A stretch of 64,000 nt of DNA from Candidatus Helarchaeota archaeon (GCA_019058315.1 JAHPZH010000002.1:416001-480000), one strand, 5' to 3'; shown: positions 9,650-19,698, counted from the stretch's first letter. Made by a program: numbers and translations. The notes: a model not told the origin generated them from the sequence alone.

Positions 9650-10768
9650 TTATCTAAAACATTTATAAATCCAATTTTTAATTTTATCATGCTCTAAAAA
9701 AGAGAGACTCCCCTTCCACTCTTTAAGTTCTTTATCATAATAATCCTCGAATTGTCTTATAAATCTTGTCAACTTTTTTACTATACTTGGAGAAGTTTCT
9801 GTTATATATAAAACTCCAAAGAGATATTTTCCGTGTTTAAATAGTAAGGTTTCTTTACCAAAATTTATTGTATCTATTTCCGAATCAAATTCTAAAACGG
9901 TTTTAAAACCTTGACTTACAGCATATACAAAACCTGCTAAGATCAATCGTTTTGGGGAGAACGGATATTTTGGAATTTCTTTCTGAAAATCAAATTCATA
10001 GATTAAGCTACCATTAGATCTAACTAAATAAACGGATTTTATGGAAAAATATGTGCTTATTACTTCCATAGTATCTGGATATTTAAATATAAACAAACAT
10101 AAGAAAAATAAAATTAGTGTTAAAAGTAAGTAATCTATAATAATTATATAATATGATTCAATAATTGGAGATAAATAACCTATACTAAAAGATCGCTCAA
10201 ATGTAAGAGTTCCTATAGAAATAAGTGGAATTACTACATGCTTTTTAACTTCTTCATTCTTTATTTCATTTAGAATTATTTTGCTTCTTCTCATAATAAA
10301 TATAAAAAGAGCAATATAAATCCCATAAATATGTAGACCTAGAATAAAATTGACATTATAAACAAAAAATCCAGATTCTTCATAAAATATAGTTGGATAA
10401 AATGTAAATATATTTAATACTGAAAATAATATCATCGCTAATACGTAAAAAATCCTAATTTGTAGATCTTTTTCTGTTTTATGACCGCTAATTTCACTAT
10501 ACTTAATAATAATTCGAATTATAATTGAAAAAGCCAAAAGGATTAAAAAAACTTTCATACCAAATCCATTAGTATCTATATTTTCATTAAAAGTTCCAAA
10601 TGTGGCAAAAATTATGACTCTAGAACAGTCATAAATTACTCCCAGACCAAAACTCAAAAAAAGAATTACAATTAATAAATTAGTTTCTGATTTATTTCTT
10701 AAATACTCTATTGAAGCCCTAAATTGTGCCAAAATATAGAAAAATATTGATAAAATTGCTGAAACCAA
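9650..10768 (-). CDS. 7-TM membrane protein with C-terminal longin-like domain
   Basis: Seven hydrophobic helices in the first ~230 aa, then SIKSVYLVRSNGSLIYEFDF...LILAGFVYAV...INFGKETLLFKHG...LTRFIRQFEDYY (longin beta-beta-alpha-beta-beta-beta-alpha pattern). Confidence 0.7.
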   Translation of the reverse strand: MVSAILSIFFYILAQFRASIEYLRNKSETNLLIVILFLSFGLGVIYDCSRVIIFATFGTFNENIDTNGFGMKVFLILLAFSIIIRIIIKYSEISGHKTEKDLQIRIFYVLAMILFSVLNIFTFYPTIFYEESGFFVYNVNFILGLHIYGIYIALFIFIMRRSKIILNEIKNEEVKKHVVIPLISIGTLTFERSFSIGYLSPIIESYYIIIIDYLLLTLILFFLCLFIFKYPDTMEVISTYFSIKSVYLVRSNGSLIYEFDFQKEIPKYPFSPKRLILAGFVYAVSQGFKTVLEFDSEIDTINFGKETLLFKHGKYLFGVLYITETSPSIVKKLTRFIRQFEDYYDKELKEWKGSLSFLEHDKIKNWIYKCFR

Positions 10769-10968
10769 TATTATATTATTCAGATTTACACCACGTTTAT
10801 GATTTAAAGTAATTAAAATGCTTTAAATTGAAATATATTTCTTATATATATATTTCCTATACCGTGCTTGAATAGATATATCGAAAACTATATAATGTAA
10901 AATTAAGTAAAAAACAAATTTATTCAGAAGGATTAAAAGAAATATTTAGAAATGTGTTTACTTTTTAA

Positions 10969-11490
10969 TTATTTTTCTATTATTTTGTCTACCAATGTTG
11001 CGAAAACATTATTTACACTTTCACCGGTTTTAGCAGAAGTTTCATAAAATTCTGCATTTATTTCTTTTGCCATTTTAATCCCGTCTTCTTTTGAAATGAC
11101 TTTATTCGTTAAATCTATTTTATTGCCAACAAGAATCGTTGGTATTTTACCGCAATATTGGATAGCTTCATCATACCAATCAATTATGTGATTATAGGTA
11201 TTTTTATTTGTAACATCGTAAACTATGATTGCACCAAATGCGCCTCTTAAATATGAGTCCCGAAGAATTTTATATTTTTTCTGACCTCCGATGTCCCAAA
11301 TTAATAAATAAATATTTTGACCACCAATCTCCATTAATTTAGCTGAAATATCTGTCCCAATAGTCATTTTATAGCTTTCTTCGAATCGTTTTTCTACATG
11401 TTGAACAATTATTGAAGTCTTTCCAACTGCCTCATCGCCAAGCATCACTATTTTATAGACTTTTTCCATTTTTTTTGAAATCCTTCTCAC
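10969..11490 (-). CDS. Rab-like small GTPase (Ras superfamily)
   Basis: GDEAVGKTS, TIG, WDIGGQ, NKID and ETSAK G1-G5 motifs; no C-terminal prenylation Cys. Confidence 0.95.
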   Translation of the reverse strand: MRRISKKMEKVYKIVMLGDEAVGKTSIIVQHVEKRFEESYKMTIGTDISAKLMEIGGQNIYLLIWDIGGQKKYKILRDSYLRGAFGAIIVYDVTNKNTYNHIIDWYDEAIQYCGKIPTILVGNKIDLTNKVISKEDGIKMAKEINAEFYETSAKTGESVNNVFATLVDKIIEK

Positions 11491-11674
11491 CCTTCTATTT
11501 TTAATTTCATAAACTGGGTAAAAATTATTTTATAATCGTCATTTTTTTACAATTATATAATTATTTAAGAATCACAAAAATAAAAAACTTTTTTCAATCT
11601 TATTTCATTTGACTATTTAATTTCAATATTGTATGTAATATTAATTTTTACAGAAAAAAAAATTCGATAAGTAA

Positions 11675-13546
11675 GTGATTGATTTGAAAATTTTATCTAT
11701 CCATTCAGATGGTTTTTCTTTTAATACACGCGAAAAGGCAACTGCCTTAGCTGAGGATATCAAAGAAGAAGAAAAAGTTATGAAAATTGATAATAAAGTG
11801 CTAGTTGCATTTACTACTATAGAAAAAAAAGATGAATCTAATGTAAAAGCAGCAGGAATTATGGCATCTGATGCGATAGGGCAGTTAGCAAAAGATATAG
11901 GAGAAAAGAAAATTATACTCTACCCTTATGCGCATCTTTCAACTTCTTTAGCTGATAGTAAAACTGCAATAAAAATTTTGCATGATTTGGAAAACCTACT
12001 GAAAAAAGAAGGATTTGATGTTTATAGAATTCCATTTGGTTGGTATAAATCTTTTAAAATAAATAATATTGGTCATAGTCGAGCAGAGAGCTTAAGAAGC
12101 ATCAATGTGGATGAATATGTTGAAAAAAGAAAGGAAAAAGTAGTCAAAGTCGAAAAATCCACATTTCATGTTCTTGATTTAAGTGGAAATTTAGTTCCCC
12201 ATAAAAAATTTAATTATAAAGGCTATGAGGATCTTCAAAGGTTCATGAATTATGAAGTATCAGGTTCAAGAGAAGTAACTGTTCAACCACCTCATACGAA
12301 ATTAATGAAGAAATTAGAATTAGTAGATTATGAATCTAGAGCAGATCCGGGTCATATGAGATGGTATCCACGTGGTGAATTAATACGTAATATACTTATT
12401 GAGTATTTATCTAAAAAAATGCAAGATCTCGGGGCAATGCAAGTTGAAACCCCTGTAATGTTCACTACTAAACACCCTATAATTCAACAACATTTAAAAA
12501 AATGGGCGGAGCGACAATATTTAGTGAAAAGCGGAGATAAAACACTATTTCTACGTTTTGCATCTGATTTTGGCTTATTTTTTATGTTATCTGATTTAAA
12601 CATAAGTTATCGAAATCTACCAATGCGTATGTATGAGTTAACTAAATACAGTTTTAGACATGAACAAAGCGGTGAAGTTGTAGGTTTACGTCGCCTTCGG
12701 GCATTTACAATGCCAGATCTTCATACCCTCTGTAAAAATGTTGAACAAGCTGTAAAAGAATTCGAAAGACAGTATCAAATATGTATCAACTTCATGAATG
12801 ATCTTGAAGTTGATTATGAAGTCGGTTTTAGAGTGGTAAAAGAATTTTGGGATGTACATAAAGATTGGATATTATCTCTCATTAAAAAAGTTAATAAACC
12901 TGCTCTTGTTGAGCTATTTCCTAAAAGAGATGCTTATTGGATTATGAAATTTGAATTCAACTTTGTTGATTTTACTGAAAAGGCAGCCGCACTTCCTACA
13001 ATTCAAATTGACGTTGATATGGCAAGACAATATGGTATCCAATATACTAACGAGAATGGAGATAAAGTTCATCCAACAATATTACATTGCAGTCCAAGTG
13101 GAGCCCTCGAGAGGGTAGTTTACGCTATTCTAGAAAAAGCAGCGAAAAATATTGAAGCTGAAGATGTCCCAATGTTTCCACTATGGTTATCACCTACTCA
13201 AGTGAGAGTAATCCCTGTCAAAGACGAATTTATAAAGTATTCTGAGCAAATAGTTAAAAAATTGGAAAAAAATCAAATTCGCGCTGATCTAGATGATAGA
13301 TCCGATTCTGTTGGCAAAAAAATTCGAAATGCAGGGCAAGAATGGATACCTTATATTATTGTTATAGGTGAAAAAGAAGTAAAGAGTAATAAATTAGCTA
13401 TTAGAGTTCGAAAAGAGAGGGGTAAAATCTTAGAATTAACTGTAAATAAATTTATCGATCTTCTAAAGAAAGAAATTACAATTGAAACCTTCCTACCTCT
13501 TCCAGAACCATTAAGAAATTTAAAAAATAGTCCAATTTTTATATAA
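11675..13546 (+). CDS. thrS: Threonyl-tRNA synthetase (archaeal type, N-terminal editing domain)
   Basis: YPYAHLS and PFGWYK editing domain; FRHEQSGE, RLRAFTMPDLH, ILHCSPSG; anticodon-binding domain. Confidence 0.97.
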   Translation: MIDLKILSIHSDGFSFNTREKATALAEDIKEEEKVMKIDNKVLVAFTTIEKKDESNVKAAGIMASDAIGQLAKDIGEKKIILYPYAHLSTSLADSKTAIKILHDLENLLKKEGFDVYRIPFGWYKSFKINNIGHSRAESLRSINVDEYVEKRKEKVVKVEKSTFHVLDLSGNLVPHKKFNYKGYEDLQRFMNYEVSGSREVTVQPPHTKLMKKLELVDYESRADPGHMRWYPRGELIRNILIEYLSKKMQDLGAMQVETPVMFTTKHPIIQQHLKKWAERQYLVKSGDKTLFLRFASDFGLFFMLSDLNISYRNLPMRMYELTKYSFRHEQSGEVVGLRRLRAFTMPDLHTLCKNVEQAVKEFERQYQICINFMNDLEVDYEVGFRVVKEFWDVHKDWILSLIKKVNKPALVELFPKRDAYWIMKFEFNFVDFTEKAAALPTIQIDVDMARQYGIQYTNENGDKVHPTILHCSPSGALERVVYAILEKAAKNIEAEDVPMFPLWLSPTQVRVIPVKDEFIKYSEQIVKKLEKNQIRADLDDRSDSVGKKIRNAGQEWIPYIIVIGEKEVKSNKLAIRVRKERGKILELTVNKFIDLLKKEITIETFLPLPEPLRNLKNSPIFI

Positions 13547-13645
13547 TTTTATTTTTTTTGTTCAACATCTTTTTGATATAAAGTTATAATAACTGGAACT
13601 CAAATAATATACACTATATTTTAGTCTGCACTTGGATGACCCAAA

Positions 13646-14965
13646 TTGAATGAAAAGATGTTAGAGTTAAAAAATGAGCTAGCAGAAAAAGACGAACATA
13701 TTATGGAACTAGAAAAAATCAACTATCAAACACAAAAGAAACTTGCTGTGCTACAGAAAAAACTCCTCGAACTGGAGAACAAGTCAGAAGGTATTGACAT
13801 TTCTCCAAAAGATATAACGGAAAATACGGACATTATGGATTTAAAATTAAAACTCAAAAAAAGAGATGAAATTTTAAAAAACATTAAGAATAAATTGGAT
13901 GTTTTAAAGAAAAAAACAATCCCAAAAGCAGATCAAAAGCAATTAGATGTTATGAGACAAGCCATTTCAAAAATAAAATCGTTACAATCAGAGCTCATAG
14001 AAAAAAATTCTAAAATTTCGGAGTTACGAAAAAATGTTGAAAAGACTAAAGAAGATGTAAAAAAGGAATTAGAGCAAAAAGATAAAATAATTCAAAACCG
14101 AGTCGCTGAAATTAATAAGCTAGAGAATGAATTTGTTTCTTTTAAAGAAGAATTTGTCGAAGAATTAAAAAATATCGAAAGACAAAAAGAAACAATTTCT
14201 ATGAAACAATTACTTGATTCTAAAAAAGATACTGAAATCGAAAGGGATAAATTTCAAGAGATTATAGCTGATAAAAATGATCTACTTAAAAAACGTGAGG
14301 ATGATATTAAAGGTTTAAAGATGATGCTGGAAACCCGCGATAAAAAAATCGGAGAACTTGAAGAGAAGGTAGATAACTTACTTTTAAGTGATGAATCAAC
14401 AAAAACACTACAATCTAAAATAACATCTATTGAAGATGAGTATAACCAAAAATTAAAAATAAGAGTTGAAGAATTAGAAAAAACTCGAGCCGAGATTATA
14501 TTAATTAGCTCAGAATTAGCATGTGCATGTCCAAATATACTATCTGCTGAAGAAATTTTAGATTGTGTAGATGATTTAATGTTAACAGCTCCAGAAAAAA
14601 GAACCGAAAAAATCGAAGAAATTAGAGCTAGCAAAGGGCTAAAAAGTACTAACGTGACGAAAGAAATTAAATCTGAAATAAAAAAAGAAGAAAAATTAAC
14701 CGAAGAGGCTACTGATAAAGAAGTGGTTAAAGAAATTTCTACTGAAGAAATAACTGAAGATAAAGAAGTATCCCCTCCAGAAGAAAGTAAATCTGAAGAA
14801 TCAGAATTAAGAGCTTTAATAATTAAGGAAATTCCACACTTATCAGATGCCGAATTGGAGACTTTTTTACAAGAATTATTAGATTCTCCTCCTGATGATA
14901 GAGATTCTAAGTTAGAACTTTTTAAAATGACTAAAGAACTTGAAGAATTTAAAAAATCAGGTTAA
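13646..14965 (+). CDS. Long coiled-coil protein with a duplicated small helical motif in the C-terminal half
   Basis: ~280-aa K/E/L heptad-rich region, acidic linker, two P-x-[IL]S-x2-E[IL]...L[ML]-x2-P-x2-R motifs. Confidence 0.7.
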   Translation: MNEKMLELKNELAEKDEHIMELEKINYQTQKKLAVLQKKLLELENKSEGIDISPKDITENTDIMDLKLKLKKRDEILKNIKNKLDVLKKKTIPKADQKQLDVMRQAISKIKSLQSELIEKNSKISELRKNVEKTKEDVKKELEQKDKIIQNRVAEINKLENEFVSFKEEFVEELKNIERQKETISMKQLLDSKKDTEIERDKFQEIIADKNDLLKKREDDIKGLKMMLETRDKKIGELEEKVDNLLLSDESTKTLQSKITSIEDEYNQKLKIRVEELEKTRAEIILISSELACACPNILSAEEILDCVDDLMLTAPEKRTEKIEEIRASKGLKSTNVTKEIKSEIKKEEKLTEEATDKEVVKEISTEEITEDKEVSPPEESKSEESELRALIIKEIPHLSDAELETFLQELLDSPPDDRDSKLELFKMTKELEEFKKSG

Positions 14966-14972
14966 AATTTAA

Positions 14973-16028
14973 TTATTTTATTCGTTTTAAATTTTGTTCA
15001 TGATATCGAGAAGCGTATGATAATGTAATCTGATAAAAATCTTCTTTTTTCGTAATAACCTTTTCTAAATGACCTTCGACTAATATTTTTTCATTATTTT
15101 GCGCTTGACCTCGAAATTCTTCTAAATAATTTATTATCCGTCTTATATTATCTATTTTTGGTCCTTGTATAATCTCTTCAACTTCTATATCATATGTAGA
15201 TTGCATAAAGAAAGCATCTTTGGAATCTGTAACAATAGCTTTTGCCTTTATCCACCCTTTAGGTCTAATTTTTTTAATTTCATTATATTCGTTTTTTATT
15301 TCATTCCATTTCTTAACAGGTTCAAATTCAATTTTTATTGATCTACTTGTATCATTTGAATCTATAATTGCATAAATCTGTTTTTTTGCATTATCTTGTA
15401 TATAATCTTCTAATGTATAATTGGTATAACGCCAATTTTTTTGATAAACAGCATTATTTGGAGGACTGAATTCATTTTTTAGTTTAAAATAATTTTTTTG
15501 ATAGAATTCCCGAAGAACTTGCCTTAATATTTCAAGCTCTTTTCTCCCATATATGATTAAGTCAATATCGCTAAAATTAATATGATAAAAATCATGCAAT
15601 ATTGACCCAAAAACTCCAAAATCTTTAGATTTAAGTTTTGAATGTTGTGTTATAATATCGATCAACTCTTGAGTTTTAGAAATCAAAATATCCTTTGGAG
15701 AACTTGCTAAAATCTTTTGAAGTTTTTCTTCCGGTTTCCGAACTTCATAGGCTTGATTATAAGTTAATCCTACTAGCTTCGTGTTTAAAGGGTGGTAAAA
15801 AACCTGATATTGGGGATAATTTCTTTGAATGAATTTTAGTCCACCATCAAAATAGAATTTAAAATATTCATTTTTTCCCCGAATTGCTCTTCTATCATCG
15901 GATTGGTAAATATCACTTGGCGCATATTCTACATCACAAATTGATGCATTATCTGGATGACAATAACCATAAACCCTAAATATTATCTTTTCATCCGTTA
16001 GTAGAAAATCTCTGTCCCGAAATTTCAT
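14973..16028 (-). CDS. Predicted nucleotidyltransferase (COG1665/AF1967-like), paralog A
   Basis: GVFGSILH...SDIDLIIYG pol-beta superfamily motif; N-terminal RDRD...GYCHP. Confidence 0.8.
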   Translation of the reverse strand: MKFRDRDFLLTDEKIIFRVYGYCHPDNASICDVEYAPSDIYQSDDRRAIRGKNEYFKFYFDGGLKFIQRNYPQYQVFYHPLNTKLVGLTYNQAYEVRKPEEKLQKILASSPKDILISKTQELIDIITQHSKLKSKDFGVFGSILHDFYHINFSDIDLIIYGRKELEILRQVLREFYQKNYFKLKNEFSPPNNAVYQKNWRYTNYTLEDYIQDNAKKQIYAIIDSNDTSRSIKIEFEPVKKWNEIKNEYNEIKKIRPKGWIKAKAIVTDSKDAFFMQSTYDIEVEEIIQGPKIDNIRRIINYLEEFRGQAQNNEKILVEGHLEKVITKKEDFYQITLSYASRYHEQNLKRIK

Positions 16029-16123
16029 AGTAGCACAAACAAAATGTTAAAGATTAATATTAACAAATTTATATGAAAAGTTCTAATTTTTAAGATGAAT
16101 ATAAATTTTAAGGAACATTTATT

Positions 16124-17158
16124 ATGAAAAAATTAGATTGGGAGTATCCAAGAGATGGAGATATTATATTAACTGATGATTTTTTCATATTTTACACTAT
16201 GGGATACGATCATCCTAAAAAGAGAGTAATTTCTTATTTAAAATATATCCCAGTTATGGCTAAAAATTATTTTAATTTGGATTGGATTCCTCATAAATGG
16301 CAATTTTTAGGTAGAAAATACGTAAGACCTAAAAAACTTTATTCTCCAAAGATTTTTAAATCAATAGAGACTGCATTTGAGACTCATTTTTCAGAATATC
16401 TCTATTATTCTAAAAATTGGGATAAAACTGTATTTGCCATTCCTCATGATAAAATTAAGGAGGTATTTGTTCCAAAAAGTGGTTTAAATCGTTTGATTGA
16501 GCTTGAAAAGAAAGATTTTCTACAAAAAAAAGCAATAAAACTTATTAATATTCTTTCAGATTATTCGAAAATTCCTCTGACAGACTTTGGAATACATGGG
16601 TCTCTTCTAACTTCGATGCATACTGAAACCAGTGATATTGATATTGCTGTATATGGTGCAAATAATTTTAAAGAATTAAAAAAGTGTGTAAAGAAATTAG
16701 AAGAAGAGAAAAGAATCCAATATCTCTTTGAAATTCCCACGGATAAAATTCGAAAAAATAAAGGAATTTTTGAAAATCAAAAATTTGTCTTTAACGCAAT
16801 TAGAAAAATTTTGGAAATAAGAAATAATTACGAAATATTCGAATATAAGGCTATTAAACCAATTCAATTTCAGTGTCAAATTATTGATAGTTCACTGGCA
16901 ATGTTTAGACCTGCTTTATATAGATTTAAGGATTTCAGGGCAGAAAATATAGGTTCTAAATTAGAAAAAAATCAAGAACCGATTGAATTGGTTTCTATGA
17001 TTGGGGAATTTCGAGATGTAGTTCAAAAAGATCAAATTGCTAAAGTCTCTGGTATGTTAGAAAGGGTTAAAAATATTATAACAGGTGAAATATACCATCG
17101 AGTAGTTGTGGGGTCAGGAGAGGGTGAGGAATCTATACTTCCTTTTGATGATCTTTAA
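16124..17158 (+). CDS. Predicted nucleotidyltransferase (COG1665/AF1967-like), paralog B
   Basis: GIHGSLL...SDIDIAVYG motif; N-terminal RDGD...GYDHP. Confidence 0.8.
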   Translation: MKKLDWEYPRDGDIILTDDFFIFYTMGYDHPKKRVISYLKYIPVMAKNYFNLDWIPHKWQFLGRKYVRPKKLYSPKIFKSIETAFETHFSEYLYYSKNWDKTVFAIPHDKIKEVFVPKSGLNRLIELEKKDFLQKKAIKLINILSDYSKIPLTDFGIHGSLLTSMHTETSDIDIAVYGANNFKELKKCVKKLEEEKRIQYLFEIPTDKIRKNKGIFENQKFVFNAIRKILEIRNNYEIFEYKAIKPIQFQCQIIDSSLAMFRPALYRFKDFRAENIGSKLEKNQEPIELVSMIGEFRDVVQKDQIAKVSGMLERVKNIITGEIYHRVVVGSGEGEESILPFDDL

Positions 17159-17924
17159 TAAAATCTAAAATTTTTTTGGAAAATTTTTCCTTTACTTCCT
17201 CAATATTATAATCTTCTATTTTTACTTCCATTAAAAACTGCTTACGCATTAAACTTAATTGCTTATGGAATTTCTTATGTAATTCTTTGCTGACAGTCCT
17301 ATTAATTAATTTTCTAGTAAGATTATCCAATGATTCTGATTTTCCAGGTTTAGATTTCGTTATGAGTGGTTCATTTTTAATCGGTTTTTTGATTCTAGAG
17401 ATAATTTTCGAATAGACCGAATTAACCATTTTTGAATCTTTTAAATCAGTTGTCTCTAAAGTAATCACAGGGATATCCCAAGAGTAATCTCCAGGTTCAT
17501 CCAATTTCTTATATACATCTTCAATAACAGAATTTGGAATTGGTAGACCCCTTTTTTCATTCCACTCAATAGCCTTCTCCAATGGTATCTTAATGAAAAT
17601 TGATAGAAAATGGGTATCAAAGGTATTTGTTATTTCAAATAGATTATGCCGCATTGATTTATAATAATTCAAATCGTCGTTGATAACATTAAAACCAAGT
17701 GTAAGACAGTCTTTGATAATATTTAAAGTTATTTTTCTAATAATAGGTTCCCGATCTGGATCAAAATTTTCATTATAACCGGGTATCATGTTTCTGATAT
17801 CATCTGAACCAATAACTACCGTAGGATGGCCATTTTCTTCAAAAATTTTTGCTAATTTTCTAGCAAATGTTGTTTTTCCAGCACTTGGGATTCCAATGAG
17901 ACCAAGAAGAAATTGATTAGTCAC
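17133..17924 (-). CDS. pstK: L-seryl-tRNA(Sec) kinase PSTK (PSTK/KTI12 family)
   Basis: GIPSAGKTT P-loop, GSDDIR, DDLNYYKSMR, NEKR..IP, DEPG..SWD as in methanococcal PSTK. Confidence 0.85.
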   Translation of the reverse strand: MTNQFLLGLIGIPSAGKTTFARKLAKIFEENGHPTVVIGSDDIRNMIPGYNENFDPDREPIIRKITLNIIKDCLTLGFNVINDDLNYYKSMRHNLFEITNTFDTHFLSIFIKIPLEKAIEWNEKRGLPIPNSVIEDVYKKLDEPGDYSWDIPVITLETTDLKDSKMVNSVYSKIISRIKKPIKNEPLITKSKPGKSESLDNLTRKLINRTVSKELHKKFHKQLSLMRKQFLMEVKIEDYNIEEVKEKFSKKILDFIKDHQKEV

Positions 17925-18102
17925 TGAGTTTCACAAATGAATTCATAAAATGTATTTTCAATAAATTATTAGTTAGTTTAAAATAATAATCCTTTTTTTA
18001 AAATCCTTTAAATTATTAGTAGTATTTTTATAATCATTATTAAAACAAAAAATCCGCTCAATTATTTGAAGTGAGATGAATATAAATAAATTGGGATTCT
18101 AA

Positions 18103-18858
18103 TTGTTAATTGATAGTCATTGTCACCTAGATTGGAAGTCCTTTAATAAGGATATAGATGATGTTATACAAAGAGCAAAGGAAAATGGTTTAATTGCTAT
18201 TATAACCTCTTCTTTTTTCGAAAATTTTGAAAAAACTTTAAATTATGCTGAAAAATTTAAAAACTATGTGTTTATTTCCTTGGGGTTACATCCTCCTCAA
18301 GTTAATATTAATTCAGTAAAAAGGACAATAAAATTAATTCAAGAAAATGCAAATAAGATTAAAGCTATAGGAGAAGTTGGTCTTGACTATTATTGGATAA
18401 AAGATCCTAAGAAAAGAGATGGCCAAAAAAAAGCATTTGTTGAATTTATAAATCTTTCAATAGAATTAGAATTACCAATAGTTATACATGCCCGAAATGC
18501 TCACTCTGACGCAATTAATATATTAGAGAATAATTCAGCTTCAAAAGTATTGATGCATTGTTTTAGTGGAAAAGTAATTGAAGTAAAAAGAGTAATTAAA
18601 AATGGATGGTATATATCAGTCCCAACATCCGTTACAAACCGCGGAGTTCATCAAAATATCGCAAAGGTATGCCCTCTAGAATATATGTTGCTTGAAACCG
18701 ATTCCCCTTTCTTATCCCCTTTTAAAAAAAGTCGTAATGAGCCTATGAACGTAAAGTACTCTGCAGAAAAAATTGCTGAGATTAAAAAAGTTACTGTAGA
18801 AGAAATTTCAGAAATAACTACAAAGAATGCAATTAAATTTTATAATTTAGACCTTTAA
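18103..18858 (+). CDS. tatD: TatD family deoxyribonuclease
   Basis: IDSHCHL, GLHP, IGEVGLD, IHAR, HCFSG, ETDSPF. Confidence 0.95.
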   Translation: MLIDSHCHLDWKSFNKDIDDVIQRAKENGLIAIITSSFFENFEKTLNYAEKFKNYVFISLGLHPPQVNINSVKRTIKLIQENANKIKAIGEVGLDYYWIKDPKKRDGQKKAFVEFINLSIELELPIVIHARNAHSDAINILENNSASKVLMHCFSGKVIEVKRVIKNGWYISVPTSVTNRGVHQNIAKVCPLEYMLLETDSPFLSPFKKSRNEPMNVKYSAEKIAEIKKVTVEEISEITTKNAIKFYNLDL

Positions 18859-18873
18859 AAACCTAAGAATCGA

Positions 18874-19620
18874 TTAATCGAGGACCTTATCACAATTTCC
18901 ACAGTTCACATCATAACCTTTTCTATGAAAAGTGTATGCTTTTTCATCAATAGTCCAATTACAATATTTACATCGACCTAGATCCCAAGATGAGACTTTC
19001 TCCTCTTTCTCCTTTAATGTTATGGGATCTATTTTTCCATCTATTATATTTGTAATTGTATCCATTAGCTCTGGGATATTTGTTTGTTTATCCGTTAAAG
19101 AATCTTCTTCGGTTACAATACCAACTTTATCTATAATTGAGGGAATTTCTTTTAAAGCAATATCTTTAATAGGAGATTCTAATTCTGCACCACACTCTAC
19201 ACAAAATCCTACCATTGGAAAATTCACTTTCCCACATTTAAGACAAATATTTTCTTCATCAATACCAATAAGATTTAAATCAACTGTTATAACTTCTAAT
19301 ATTTCATCTAGACCTTTTTGTAAAGTTTCCTCTGTGATTTTTGCTGCTTTAGATCCAAAACCCCGAGGAATGATTCCATTTGAAACCTCAATAACTGTAA
19401 ATTCTTTAAGACCCGCCTTTGGGAAAATATTGAATTCAAATAATTCAGGATCGTATATAAGCCCTTTACGAGCTTTAATGTGAAAACCATTCTCAGTTTT
19501 TTTATATTCTAATTTCTTTTTTAAAAAAACAGAAAGGGTTTGTGTGATAATTTCGGCACATTTTGAAGCTGAATTAGTAACCGCAAATTTTTTTGTAAGA
19601 TAGGTGAGAGGCTGTGGCAT
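18874..19620 (-). CDS. Hypothetical protein with two zinc ribbons
   Basis: CLKC...CVEC and CKYC...CGNC pairs. Confidence 0.7.
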   Translation of the reverse strand: MPQPLTYLTKKFAVTNSASKCAEIITQTLSVFLKKKLEYKKTENGFHIKARKGLIYDPELFEFNIFPKAGLKEFTVIEVSNGIIPRGFGSKAAKITEETLQKGLDEILEVITVDLNLIGIDEENICLKCGKVNFPMVGFCVECGAELESPIKDIALKEIPSIIDKVGIVTEEDSLTDKQTNIPELMDTITNIIDGKIDPITLKEKEEKVSSWDLGRCKYCNWTIDEKAYTFHRKGYDVNCGNCDKVLD

Positions 19621-19698
19621 AATAAACCCTCAAATTAATAACTATTACTAGAACTATAATCATTTAAATCTCTATTGTTAATTATTTAATTTCAAGAT

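Noticed and set aside
13646-14965. SMC/Rad50 assignment for the coiled-coil protein
   Set aside because: No Walker A/B motifs, hinge or CxxC hook; any similarity would be generic coiled-coil.
16045-16070. TGTTAA...TTAACA palindrome between the NTase genes as part of a regulon shared with 28831 and 60931
   Set aside because: The spacer differs at each site and the hexamer is common in an AT-rich genome.
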